NCBI GenBank assembly: GCA_965246885.1 | Contig: OZ251992.1 | Location: forward strand, 1,568,001-1,632,000 | Direction of reading: 5' to 3' | Length of the DNA stretch: 64,000 nt | From: Abditibacterium sp. | GTDB taxonomy: Bacteria > Armatimonadota > Abditibacteriia > Abditibacteriales > Abditibacteriaceae | Position numbers and translations under genes: made by a program | Notes under the pieces: model-generated | Told to the model about the DNA's origin: nothing | Database searches by the model: none | The model's input: the letters and a program-made list of their open reading frames with translations, nothing else | In this document: positions 47,555-57,900 of the stretch, in pieces | How the letters are laid out: each line of letters opens with the position of its first letter | Position numbering within the stretch: position 1 is the stretch's first letter

Positions 47555-47854
47555 TCAAGCGGGTTTCGCATCTCCCGATGGAGCCGAAGCGGGAGCCGGA
47601 GTTGTCGGGGCGTCGGCCTTGGTTTCGGCGGGAGCGGCGTCGGTTTTGGGGGCGTCTTCGACCTTGCCGACGCCCGCTTCGGCGCGCGTATCCGTCAGGT
47701 AAAAGCCGGAGCCTTTAAAGATGGTGCGCATCGGGCGAAACACCTTTTGCGTTGGGGCGCCGCAGGTCGGGCAGGGCGGAGCGGCAGAGCCGATCTCTTG
47801 CCATAAGTCAAAAATCGTTCCTTCTTCGGTGCACTTGTATTCGTAGGTGGGCAT
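47555..47854 (-). CDS. FmdB family zinc-ribbon protein
   Basis: MPTYEYKC...CPTCG...IFKGSGFYLTD followed by a low-complexity tail. Confidence 0.9.
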   Translation of the reverse strand: MPTYEYKCTEEGTIFDLWQEIGSAAPPCPTCGAPTQKVFRPMRTIFKGSGFYLTDTRAEAGVGKVEDAPKTDAAPAETKADAPTTPAPASAPSGDAKPA

Positions 47855-47940
47855 GATTGTTCGAAAGGTGTCGGGCGAGGCGGGAGAGAGGTCTGGCAAC
47901 CGTTCACCGGCCTAAAGGGACGAAAGCATTGTACCGGCGA

Positions 47941-48024
47941 ACCATCGGCGCGCCTCATTCTTTCGCTGGCGCGCCTCGTTCTTCGGTTGGCGCGCATAGT
48001 TCTTCGATTGGCGTGTATGCGCCG
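47941..48024. repeat. 4 x 21-bp tandem units in a divergent intergenic region
   Basis: ACCATCGGCGCGCCTCATTCT, TTCGCTGGCGCGCCTCGTTCT, TCGGTTGGCGCGCATAGTTCT, TCGATTGGCGTGTATGCGCCG. Confidence 0.85.
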
Positions 48025-48098
48025 GAAGTTCCCAGAAGCCGCGTCCAACACCCCTTGGAGTTTGGCAAAATGCGCCGGGTTGGGCCAAACTGCGCCGC

Positions 48099-49106
48099 GT
48101 GTGGGAACATTTGGTGCGCGGCGGCGCGTTCGAGTTGGCGCTGAGCGCGACCGGGAAAGTCTTCTTGATGGGCGTGGCGGGGTACTTGTTGCTCGCGTGC
48201 GGGGTATTGGGCGAGGAAGCGCTGGGCGCGTTCTCGGCGCTTGTGGCCAATCTGACGCTCCCCTGTTTGATTTTGGCGCGCTTCGCGGAGCAGTTCGACA
48301 CCCACGCGCTCCCGTTTTGGTGGGTGCTCGTGCTGGCGGGCGCGGGGCTACAGTTCGGGCAAATGGCAATTGGTTGGCTGGTGTCGCGGCACTACGCGGT
48401 CGAGAACGGGCGGGCGGAAGTGGTGATGCTGCTCACATTCCAGAACTCCGGGTTTTTCGTGTTGCCGATGTTGCAGGGGTTGCTACCGCGCGCGGAGTTC
48501 GGGCGGGCGGCGGTGCTGATGTTTCTGTTCATCATCTTTTTCAACGCCTCGTTTTGGCCGGTGGGAACGCGGGTGCTGCTGGGGGAGCGCGGCTTCGATT
48601 GGAAACGCACCCTGTTGGCGCCGACGACCTTGGCGACACTGGTGGCTCTGGTCGCGTTTGGGCCGTTGCACGCGTGGGCGCACGCTTGGATGGTGACGCT
48701 GCCCGGTGTGATGCTGTTCGGTGGGCGTTCGCCGGGGGCGCTTCAACTGCTGGGCGACTTGACCACGCCCTTGGCAACGCTTGTCTTGGGAGGCACGATC
48801 GGTCAGACCGCCGCGCGCGGTTGGGCGCACTTTTCGGGCAAGACGGCGGCGCTGGAAGTGTCGTTCTGGAAATTGCTGGTGTTCCCGGCGGTCGGTTGGT
48901 TGCTCATTCACCTCCTACCGGGCCTCTTCGCCGAGCGAGCGTTGCGCTTGATGGTGATGCTGCAATTCGCCGCGCCCGTTGCCATGAACGTGGCGATATT
49001 TTGCCAGCAGCACCGCCTGCCGATGCGCGTCACGCCCGCCGCGTGTCTGGCGACGTATGCGCTGTGCCTGTTGACCGTCCCGTTTTGGTGCGCGTTGGTG
49101 ATGTGA
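48099..49106 (+). CDS. AEC (auxin efflux carrier) family transporter
   Basis: About 10 TM helices; LTLPCLI, FQNSGFFVLP and AAPVA motifs. Confidence 0.85.
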   Translation: MWEHLVRGGAFELALSATGKVFLMGVAGYLLLACGVLGEEALGAFSALVANLTLPCLILARFAEQFDTHALPFWWVLVLAGAGLQFGQMAIGWLVSRHYAVENGRAEVVMLLTFQNSGFFVLPMLQGLLPRAEFGRAAVLMFLFIIFFNASFWPVGTRVLLGERGFDWKRTLLAPTTLATLVALVAFGPLHAWAHAWMVTLPGVMLFGGRSPGALQLLGDLTTPLATLVLGGTIGQTAARGWAHFSGKTAALEVSFWKLLVFPAVGWLLIHLLPGLFAERALRLMVMLQFAAPVAMNVAIFCQQHRLPMRVTPAACLATYALCLLTVPFWCALVM

Positions 49107-49111
49107 AGGTT

Positions 49112-49540
49112 TTACTTGGTGCGCGCCCAATAAGTGATGGCGTCGTCATCCGGTAGATTGCGGAAGTTGTAAAGGGTGATGAAGGCGCGGGTATAACCGG
49201 CGGGATGGCCAAGGATGAGTTGGCGTTGCTCGGCGAGTTGGGCGTCCTGCGCGGCGAGTTTGGTTTGCTGCGCGGTGAGTTTCACGTTCTGTGCGGCGAC
49301 TTTGGCTTCGAGATCGTCCATGCGCGCGGTCAGCGTTTCCAGTTCGGTGGGAATATGGACGGTGGTAATACCGTCTTTAAGGCGCTTATTGTTAAAGGAA
49401 GCCGGGTTGTCGTCGGGCACAACGAGGGTAGGCGTGGGGCGCTTGATGTGGATTTGCGAGTTGGCCACGAGGGGCAACAACAGGCCCGCGCCCATGCTCA
49501 GGGCGGCAACGACAACCAAGGTTTTGGCAGAGATTTTCAT
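49112..49540 (-). CDS. Small secreted coiled-coil protein
   Basis: GAGGG RBS, signal peptide, heptads KVAAQNV-KLTAQQT-KLAAQDA-QLAEQRQ. Confidence 0.7.
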   Translation of the reverse strand: MKISAKTLVVVAALSMGAGLLLPLVANSQIHIKRPTPTLVVPDDNPASFNNKRLKDGITTVHIPTELETLTARMDDLEAKVAAQNVKLTAQQTKLAAQDAQLAEQRQLILGHPAGYTRAFITLYNFRNLPDDDAITYWARTK

Positions 49541-49708
49541 GGTGGAACCCTCGCCGCCCTCGCCCCCAACAACTGACACTGCGGGTGCGGACTGAAGCAG
49601 TCCGCAGTGTATGCCGTATCGGGGAGTTGTCAAGGTGTTGTGCCCCCATTTGTGCGCGCCGCGTCGAGAACAACGGGAAAAGGCGAGAACTTGGCAAAGG
49701 TGATGGAT

Positions 49709-51346
49709 ATGAATCCCGCTTCCACTGTTCCCTACGATCCGACGTTTGCGCGCGAGGAGCGCCGTTTTCGGCGCTTGGAAGTATCGCTTCCCGTATGGAT
49801 TTCCACCGCCGAGGCACTCGCGCAGGGGTTGGACGTGTGGGAGTTGGGCTACACGCGCGACATATCGCTGGGCGGGGCAAAAATCATCGTGCCGATGGGC
49901 GAAGCCCCCATGTGGCAAAGCGCTTTGGCAAGCGGCACAGAGTTTAGGGTGCGCTTCGAGGCGGGCGAGGAATCGGGGGTGATTCCGGCCCTGTTGCGGC
50001 GCGTCGAGGTGGAGCCGGGCGGGGGCAAGCTGGCGCTGGGTCTCTCGTTCAAGGGGTTGGAAGCGAAAGAAGCGCGTGACCGCGCGGTCGCGGCGGGACT
50101 TTCGACGCTACGGGCGCGGCGCAAGTGGCAAGGCGCGTTTGTGGCTTCCTTGTTGGTGGTGGGCTTGGCGTCGCTTTCCATTCGCTCGCTGTCCGCGCAG
50201 GGGGCCGCGCAACGCGAGGAGATAGGCCGCTTGCAAACGACCATGCTCCAGACAGAAGCGCAGTTGCAATCCCTGTCCCGTCCGGCGCTGGTTCAAACCA
50301 AGAGCGCGGGCATTGACCGTGCGTTTCTGGGCGCGCAACTGCAAACGCAGTTAGGCGAACTGCGCTCCCACATGGCCCGCCTCAACGATCCGCGCAACAT
50401 GAGCGAGGCCATAGCCGCGCGCCAACGGGAAGCGCAAAAGTTGGGGCTGAGCCTCGCGCCCCAAGGCAACACGGCGCGCGTGCAACTGGGTGTGGCGTTC
50501 CCGTATGGCTATAACTGGCCGCTCGTGTTGGGCGATTTGGAGTCCGCGTTGGGAAGGAAAGTCCCGCAAGTGGTGGTGTTCGCCGATTGGCGTCAGCCGT
50601 TCCCCGACCTTGACGCGCGCGAAGCGCGGGCGCGCGGCAAGACGCTGCAAGTGACGTGGGAGCCTTGGCACTTCGGCGATCCGTCCGCCGTGAAGCTCCG
50701 TGACATCGGCGACGGGAAGTATGACGCGTACATAGACTCGTGGGCGGACGCCGCGCGCTCGTTTGGTGGGGAAGTCTGGCTGCGTTTTGGCCATGAGATG
50801 AACGGGAACTGGTATCCTTGGGCGCTGGCTGCCCAAGGGGGCGACCCGAAGCCGTATGTCCGGGCTTATCAGCGCATCCACGACCGCTTTCGCAAAGCGG
50901 GCGCGTCCAATGTGCGCTGGGTGTGGTGCTTTAACGCCGAGTCCGTGCCCGTAGCGTCGTGGAACGACTCCAAAAGGGCGTATCCCGGCGACGATTATGT
51001 GGACGCCGTCGGAATGGACGGCTACAACTTCGGCGATACGACGGCGCACTCGAAGTGGCAACCGTTTTCGGCCATCTTTGCCGACGCCTACGACACCGCG
51101 ACGCAAAACTGGCCGCATAAGCCGCTTTTTATCTCGGAAACCGGCTGTTCCTCGACGGGCGGGGACAAGGTCGCGTGGCTACGCGACATGGACGGCGCCC
51201 TGCGCGAACGGTTCCCCCGCGTCGAGAGCCTCACATGGTTCGAGGCGGCCAAGGAAGCCGACTGGCGCGTATTGTCCACCCTCGGCACTGCCCAAACCGC
51301 GCGGCAAATTTGGAAAACCCCGTTCTACGGACGGGGCGTGGGGTAA
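49709..51346 (+). CDS. PilZ-TM-coiled coil-GH26 fusion protein
   Basis: RRFRR and DISLGG (PilZ); TM AFVASLLVVGLASL; LRFGHEMNGNWYPW, YPGDDYVD.VGMDGYN and KPLFISETG (GH26). Start could also be 49703. Confidence 0.85.
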   Translation: MNPASTVPYDPTFAREERRFRRLEVSLPVWISTAEALAQGLDVWELGYTRDISLGGAKIIVPMGEAPMWQSALASGTEFRVRFEAGEESGVIPALLRRVEVEPGGGKLALGLSFKGLEAKEARDRAVAAGLSTLRARRKWQGAFVASLLVVGLASLSIRSLSAQGAAQREEIGRLQTTMLQTEAQLQSLSRPALVQTKSAGIDRAFLGAQLQTQLGELRSHMARLNDPRNMSEAIAARQREAQKLGLSLAPQGNTARVQLGVAFPYGYNWPLVLGDLESALGRKVPQVVVFADWRQPFPDLDAREARARGKTLQVTWEPWHFGDPSAVKLRDIGDGKYDAYIDSWADAARSFGGEVWLRFGHEMNGNWYPWALAAQGGDPKPYVRAYQRIHDRFRKAGASNVRWVWCFNAESVPVASWNDSKRAYPGDDYVDAVGMDGYNFGDTTAHSKWQPFSAIFADAYDTATQNWPHKPLFISETGCSSTGGDKVAWLRDMDGALRERFPRVESLTWFEAAKEADWRVLSTLGTAQTARQIWKTPFYGRGVG

Positions 51347-51384
51347 GACGCAACTTGCCTCGTCCCAAGCCAGAAGAACCGGCG

Positions 51385-53250
51385 TTAGCGCATGACCAAC
51401 AGCGCGTTGGAGACGCTTCGCTCCGTCCCGTCGCTGGGTTTGTTGACGATGCGGCCTTTGACGGCCATCGTGGTCGAGCCGCCGCCGTCGAGGTTCATGG
51501 CTTGGACGGCGCCGAGCTTTTGCATGGTCGCGGCGAGTTCGGGGAGGGTCAGGCCGGTCGAGTAGTTCTTCTGGCGGCCATCGGCGATAAGGATAAGATA
51601 CCGTCCACGCCTGTCCACGCCAAAGGCGGTGCGCGGGCCGATGCCGTTCGTGACATCGGAGCGGAAGCCCTCGGAGCGGATGGCGACTTGTCCGTTCTGG
51701 AGAAGCAGTGGGCCGCCGCCCAGAGCGGTGGAGATGCGCGGCCAACCAATGGGCGCAATAGAAAGCGAGGCGCGCTCGCCCAACGCGGCCTTTTCGAGAT
51801 AAGGCCGCGCCGCGCCCGACGCGACGAGAACAAAGCCCTCGGCGGGAATGGCTATGCCGCCGCCGCCGGGACGCGCGACGACGACCCCGTTCATCACTTC
51901 AACCGCCATTTCGCCCATGCCTAACTTGTAGTAGGGCGCGAAGCGGCGGGTGAGAACGCTCACCCGTCCCGGCGCGGGCCAGCCGTTGAGGTCGCGGACA
52001 GGCAGTTCCAAGCCGGAACTAAAGCGCGCACTTGCGCGGGTTTGGAGCGGGGCGATATGGGCGCGGCCCGCGTCGTCGAAGCCAACGGCGGTGCGCCCGC
52101 CCCAAGGCAAGCGAATCCACTCGCCCCCGACCAGCATCGCGCCGACAGCCGCGCCGTCATACGCGAAAAAGCCGCCGTTGACCGCCAATACTGCCCTCTG
52201 ACGCGCGGCCAAGCGCGAAGTGCGCGCGCGTTGCAAGACGGAGTAGCCGCCCGGTTCGACGCGCACGCGCCACCCTTCGCGCGGGTCGAGGCGCACCGCC
52301 CACATTTGCACCGGCCCGTGCCCGGTGCCGCGCCGGATGCGCGTGAGCGTTAAGCCCGCGTCGTGCGAGATGCTGGTTTCCTCGAACAAACGCTGGGAAT
52401 CTATCACCAAGCGCGTGGGAAAGCCCAAGGTGAACCAACTGATGGGCGCCGCGTAGTTCATCTTGACCGCGAAGCGCGCGTTCCAGTTGCCGGACACGAG
52501 GGTCGTTTGCGGCACGAGGTCATCCCCGACGCGCGCGGTTTCGGGGATGCCTGCGGCCCGCGCGCCCGCGAATTGGAAGTTGGCGCCCGCGCGGGCGACC
52601 GACGCGGTGATGGGCGTGGGGTTGGACAGCGTGACGACGGTGCGCACGCGGTCACCGCTCACCGTCGAGCGCACGCCCACGACGCGCGCGGCGCGGACTT
52701 TCAAGTGGACGACGTAGGGCTTGCCCGTCGGCGCGAAGTCGAGGCCGAGCAGACCGCAGAACTCGCCCAACGGCACGAAGAGTTCGCCGTCCCGGACAAG
52801 GGGCCGCGCCGCGAGAGTGATTGGCTCGCCGCCGCGCCGCGCGGCGCGCTGTCCGGCCCAACAGTCGAGGGTCTGCCCGAACCACAGCAGCTTGTAGTGC
52901 CCCCGTCCGACGGCCCCCGCCGACGCGCCGAGGTTGTCGGAGAAAAACGAGAGCGGCACCATCGTCCGCCCGCCCGCAACGAAGGGATGCGGCGACGAGC
53001 GCGCCCACACATCTACCAAGGGCGGCGCCGTCGGTGTGGGAACTGGCGTGGGCGCGGCTTGCACCGGGGACGGAGAGGGGCGCGGCGCGGGCGGCAGTTG
53101 GACGACCGGGCGCGGCGGTGTCGGTTCGGGCGGAGGAACCGCATCGCCGAAAGGGTGAGGGTTGGCAACCGGCGGCGCCCCTTCTTGCGCGCGGGCAAGG
53201 GGCGCGGCCCACAAGGAGGCACCTAAAGAAAGCAAAAAGAACGGGCGCAT
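51385..53250 (-). CDS. Secreted phosphodiester glycosidase (NAGPA) family protein with a copper amine oxidase N-terminal-like domain
   Basis: AVNGGFF, GGGPLLL, PRTAFG and AMNLDGGGST motifs; GRTMVPL. Confidence 0.88.
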   Translation of the reverse strand: MRPFFLLSLGASLWAAPLARAQEGAPPVANPHPFGDAVPPPEPTPPRPVVQLPPAPRPSPSPVQAAPTPVPTPTAPPLVDVWARSSPHPFVAGGRTMVPLSFFSDNLGASAGAVGRGHYKLLWFGQTLDCWAGQRAARRGGEPITLAARPLVRDGELFVPLGEFCGLLGLDFAPTGKPYVVHLKVRAARVVGVRSTVSGDRVRTVVTLSNPTPITASVARAGANFQFAGARAAGIPETARVGDDLVPQTTLVSGNWNARFAVKMNYAAPISWFTLGFPTRLVIDSQRLFEETSISHDAGLTLTRIRRGTGHGPVQMWAVRLDPREGWRVRVEPGGYSVLQRARTSRLAARQRAVLAVNGGFFAYDGAAVGAMLVGGEWIRLPWGGRTAVGFDDAGRAHIAPLQTRASARFSSGLELPVRDLNGWPAPGRVSVLTRRFAPYYKLGMGEMAVEVMNGVVVARPGGGGIAIPAEGFVLVASGAARPYLEKAALGERASLSIAPIGWPRISTALGGGPLLLQNGQVAIRSEGFRSDVTNGIGPRTAFGVDRRGRYLILIADGRQKNYSTGLTLPELAATMQKLGAVQAMNLDGGGSTTMAVKGRIVNKPSDGTERSVSNALLVMR

Positions 53251-53315
53251 ATAAGGAAAGACGGATGAGACGCCCGGTAGTTGAACCAAAAACCGGGAGG
53301 GCGCGGCGTCTTATC

Positions 53316-54515
53316 TTACAATGCGCACAATTTGGCCAAAAAGATTTCCATCGTCGCGGCGGAGTTCGCTTTGGACTCGAAGCCGCCGTCGCCCTCAATG
53401 CCCTTCATTGCCAAGTCCGCTTCGAGGGCGAGTTCCAAGGCGCGGCGCAGTTGGGGGAGGGTGAAGCGGCGGGCCGAGTTCGAGAGGCGCCGCGCGAGCC
53501 AGCTTTGATTGGCGAGAGCTTGGAGCAGGTTGTCTCGCCCTTCTTTGGGCAGTTGCGCGGCGAGTTCCGGCTTGATTTTGCGCGCGGCGCTCGCGTCGAG
53601 CGACAAACCCGCGTCGAGCAGGGCGCGGGCTTGGAGGAGTTGGCGCAGGTTGCCGGTGACTGTAGCCATGAGGCGTTCAGGCGCTTCGCCGCGTTCCAAC
53701 AGTTCGCGCAACGTCGAGATGGCCTTAGCGCCGCTTCGCTCGCCGATGGCGTCGGTGAGGTCGAAGATGGTATCGCCCAACGCGGGCCGCGTCATTTCGT
53801 CTATAATCGCGGGCGTGATGGGCGCGGATAATCCGGCGCACAAGGCGCATTTTTCGAGTTCGCCGAGCAGAAGTGCGATGTCGCTTCCGCAGCGATTGGC
53901 AAGGTAAGCCGCCGCGCCGCGTTCCAACTTGAGGCCGCGCGTTTTGGCTTCGCGTTCGAGTATCTCCCCGACAAAGGCGGAGTTCTTGGGGTCAACGGTG
54001 CAGTTGACAAGCGCGCCTATCCCGTCAATCACCTTGTCGAGGGCGAGGTTAAGGCACCGCTCGCCCGCGCGCTCGCCGATTTCGACGGTTTCGGGCGTGC
54101 GCGCCAAGATGAGGACGGTGGTGGGTGGCAGGGCAGCGATGCCTTCGCTCAGGCGTGCCCCGGCGCTCGCACCGCTCGCGGCTTTTTTCTTTTTGGCGGC
54201 GCTCCCGGCGTCGCCGCCGTCCGAAGCGCGGCCCAAGCCCTCCACCCGTTCGGCGCGCTTGACGAGCACCACGCGGCGGTCAGCGAGGAACGGGAGGTTG
54301 CCGACGGCGGCGAGGATGTCGCTGACTTTGGCGCCCTCGCCGTCGAGCGAGTCGAAGTTGAAGTCGCGCTCGCCCTCGCCAATGCCCGCTTCGACAAGCG
54401 ACGACACCACGCGGTCTTGGAGCCACGCATCGCCCCACACGCCGTAAACAGGGAGCGGCGTGCCGTCGCGCCGGAAAGCGCCGCGCGCGGCCCATTGCAC
54501 GAAAGAAAGCGTCAC
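53316..54515 (-). CDS. holA: DNA polymerase III subunit delta
   Basis: PVYGVWG, FNFDSLDG, LPFLADRRVVLVK, ELEKC, IFDLTDAI and EADLAMK patterns. Confidence 0.85.
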   Translation of the reverse strand: MTLSFVQWAARGAFRRDGTPLPVYGVWGDAWLQDRVVSSLVEAGIGEGERDFNFDSLDGEGAKVSDILAAVGNLPFLADRRVVLVKRAERVEGLGRASDGGDAGSAAKKKKAASGASAGARLSEGIAALPPTTVLILARTPETVEIGERAGERCLNLALDKVIDGIGALVNCTVDPKNSAFVGEILEREAKTRGLKLERGAAAYLANRCGSDIALLLGELEKCALCAGLSAPITPAIIDEMTRPALGDTIFDLTDAIGERSGAKAISTLRELLERGEAPERLMATVTGNLRQLLQARALLDAGLSLDASAARKIKPELAAQLPKEGRDNLLQALANQSWLARRLSNSARRFTLPQLRRALELALEADLAMKGIEGDGGFESKANSAATMEIFLAKLCAL

Positions 54516-54893
54516 TTAAGCCGCCTTGCGCCCGCTCCGGTTGCCGATAAACCACAAGACGGAGCGCGCCACGAAGAAGCCGCAGAGAAGGAACATGAGC
54601 AAGCCGGATATGGCGCCGAGGTTGTTGGCAAAGCCGCCACCCGCGAACAAAGCGGGCCACTTCGACACGAAGCGCAAGGAGCCGAGCAAGCCCAAGAACG
54701 CCACCACGACGGCGATGTGCAGTGCCATCTTGGTGGCTTTGGGCGTGGTCGCGCGCGCGCCGCACACCAGAAGCGCGATGCCGAACAGGGAGGGGATAAA
54801 CGCCGTAAAGCTCTTGTGCGCGCCGCCCAAAGAGAAGAATAGTGGCCCCAGCAGAAACAAAAGGGCGCCAGTAACGATGGTAGTTGTCCGCAT
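54516..54893 (-). CDS. Small 4-TM membrane protein (TMEM14-like)
   Basis: Hydrophobic profile; SFTAFIP motif. Confidence 0.75.
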   Translation of the reverse strand: MRTTTIVTGALLFLLGPLFFSLGGAHKSFTAFIPSLFGIALLVCGARATTPKATKMALHIAVVVAFLGLLGSLRFVSKWPALFAGGGFANNLGAISGLLMFLLCGFFVARSVLWFIGNRSGRKAA

Positions 54894-54920
54894 GGAAGAA
54901 AGGATACGCAGGCGAGCCGC

Positions 54921-57900
54921 CTACTGCACCCGTTCCGGATTGGCGGTCGGGACGTTGGCCCCGTTGCCCAAGCCGCCGAACAGCTTCTTGTTGATACGCC
55001 CCGCGAAGCGTGAGAAGTCGTCGAAGGCCGAGTATGCAACGGGCGTGGCGAGAAGCGTCAGAATCAGCGAGAGCGTTTGCCCGCCGAAGATAACGCTGCC
55101 GATGGCGCGGTTGGTGCCTGAGCCAACGCCGCTCGACACGATGAGCGGCAGCATGCCCGCGACGAAAGCGAGCGTGGTCATCAGGATGGGCCGCAAGCGG
55201 TCGCGGTTGGCTTGCAGGATGGCAGCGTTGCGCTCCATGCCGCGCTCGCGCAGTTGGTTGGTGTGGTCAATTTGAAGGATGGAGTTCTTCTTGACCACGC
55301 CAAACAAGACGAGGATGCCCAGCAGCGAGAAGATATTCAAGCTGCCGTGAAAGATGAGGATCGAAATCAGCGCGAAGGGGACGGTGAGCGGGAGGCTGAG
55401 CAGGATGGTGATGGGGTGGAGCCATGACTCGAACTGCGCCGCGAGGATAAGGTAGACGAAGACGAGCGAGAGGCCGAACGCGGCCAAGAACGCCTTGAAC
55501 GCTTTGGCTTGCTCCTTGGAGCGTCCAGTCGGGCCGCCGGTGTATTCTGGCCCCAAGTGCTGCTTGGCGAAGGACGCCGTAAGCGCGTCCAATCCTGCCT
55601 GAGCCGAGCCGCCGGGAAGGACGTTGGCTTGGATGGTGACTTGGCGGGCGCGGTTGAGGCGCTGGATCGAGGCGGGGCCGGTCTGCGGCACGAAGCTGAC
55701 AACTTGATCGAGCGGAATGGCGACGGGGCCGGTGTTGGGAGTGGTGGCCTCACTTTGCGTTGCGACTTCGGCGGCACCCTGCGGGTTGCCGGGGACAGTG
55801 AGGAGCGAGACGCCTTCCTGCGAACTGCGGAACTGCTGCGCGGCGCGCACGTGGACTTCGTACTGCTCGCCGCCCTGCTGGAAGTTGCTGACCTGCTGGT
55901 CGCCGACCAAGAAGTTGAGCGATTGGGCGATGTCTTGCGGTTGCACGCCGAGTTGCGCCGCCAAGGGCCGGTTGACGCGCACCGCGAGTTCCGGCTTGCC
56001 CTTGATGAGGCTGGTGTCTATGTCGGTCATGCCCTTGACTTTGCGCAGGTCGGCCATCATGTTCTGCGCGACATCGTTGAGCTTGTCGAGGTCGGGGCCG
56101 CCGATGGTGAACAAGACGTCTGCTTGCACGTCGCCGCCGCCCACGCCCCCGGATGGGCCAACCGTCGTGCGCAGGTTGTAGGACGCGAAGCGGGGTAATA
56201 TCTCCTCGCGGGCGACTTTGATAAGGTCGTCCTGCGAGCGGTCGCGCTTCTCGATGTCCTTGAGGCGCACGTAAATGGTGGCGTTGTTGCGCGCCGCGTT
56301 TTGGCCCGACCCGCCGATGGTGACGAGCGAGTAGTCCATCTCCTTGCTCATGGAGTTGCCGACTTCGTGCGCGATTTTGCGGGCGAGGTCGCGCGTTTGT
56401 TCGAGAGAGGTGCCTTCGGGCGCGCGCGCCGTAATCTGGAACTGCGACTCGTCGTCCTTGGGCAAGAAGTCCTTGGGGATGGGCTTGACCACAAAGGGCA
56501 TCGAGAACAGCGCCGCCAAGCAGAGCAGGCCAATGGCCCATCGGTGGCCTAAGCTCCATCGGAGGAGCTTGGCATAGCCCATGTCTATGTAGTGGAAGAA
56601 GCCGCCTTCTTTGGCTTTGTCGTGCGCGTGCCCTTCCTTGTCGCGCTTGGGGGCTTTGAGCATGCGGGCGCTGAGCGTGGGCGTGAGCGTGAAGGCGACG
56701 ACGAGCGACACCATGATGGCAAAAGCCATCGTGAGGCCGAACGAGTTCATGAAGCGCCCGACGATACCGGTCATGAACGCGACCGGCAAGAAGACGGCGA
56801 CAAGTGAAAGCGTCGTCGCCAATACCGCGAGGCCGATTTCCTTGGTGCCTTCAATAGCCGCCTCGAACGGATCCATCCCCTTCTCTTCGATGAAGCGGTA
56901 GATGTTCTCCAAGACCACGATGGCGTCGTCAATGACGATGCCGACCGCAAGCGTGAGGGCGAGGAGCGTGAGGATATTGAGCGTGAAGTGCATGATCCAC
57001 ATCAGCCCGAAGGTGGCGATGATGGACGCGGGAATGGCGAGCGCAGCGATGAGGGTCGAGCGCCAGTTCAATAAGAAGATGAGAACAACGAGGGCGGCCA
57101 AGATAGAGCCGACGACCAAGTGTTCCTCGACCGAGTTGATGGCGGCGATGATGTACTGCGACTGGTCGTTGACTACGCGCACCGAGTAGCCGTTCTCTTT
57201 GAGCGCGGGGCCAAGCGCTTTGACGCGGTTCTTGATTTCCTGAATGACGGCGACGGTGTTGGTGCCGGACTGCTTGGAGACTTGCAAATAGACCGTCGGC
57301 TTGCCGTTGAGTTCGGAGATAGAGTTGGCGTCGGCGATGCCGTCTTCGACGCGGCCCACGTCGCGGATAGTCACGGCGCCGCCATTTTGAGCGCGGATGG
57401 AAATATCCGCGAAGTCGGGCACGTTCTTGATGCGCCCCGCCGTGCGGAGCGTCAAGGAGCGGGCGCCCTGATCTAAGCGGCCCCCCGGCACATCCACGTT
57501 TTGCGCTTTGACGGCGTTGGTGACATCGGTGACGTTGACGCCGTAGCCGCGCATTTTGTAAGCGTCCAGATACACGTTGATCTGCCGCCCACGCCCGCCG
57601 AGCACGTCTATTTGCCCGACGCCCGGCGTGGACTCGATGCGGCGCCGCAAGACCTTGTCGGCGTACTCCGTCACTTCTTTGATGGTGCCCGACCCGGTGA
57701 TGGCGAGGCCCAAAACGGGCGCGGCGCCGGTGTCTTGCTTTTGCACGACGGGCTGTTTGGCGTCGGGCGGCAGGTCGTTGATGATGCGGTTGACCTTGGC
57801 GCGCACCTCGTTTTCGGCGACATCCACGTTCTTTTCCAACTGGAACTGGCACACGACGGTGGACACGCCCTCGTTGGAATACGAGCGCAGTTCGTCCATG

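Noticed and set aside
49221..49305. Sixth 21-bp array
   Set aside because: Explained by ordinary coiled-coil heptads in the 49112..49540 protein.
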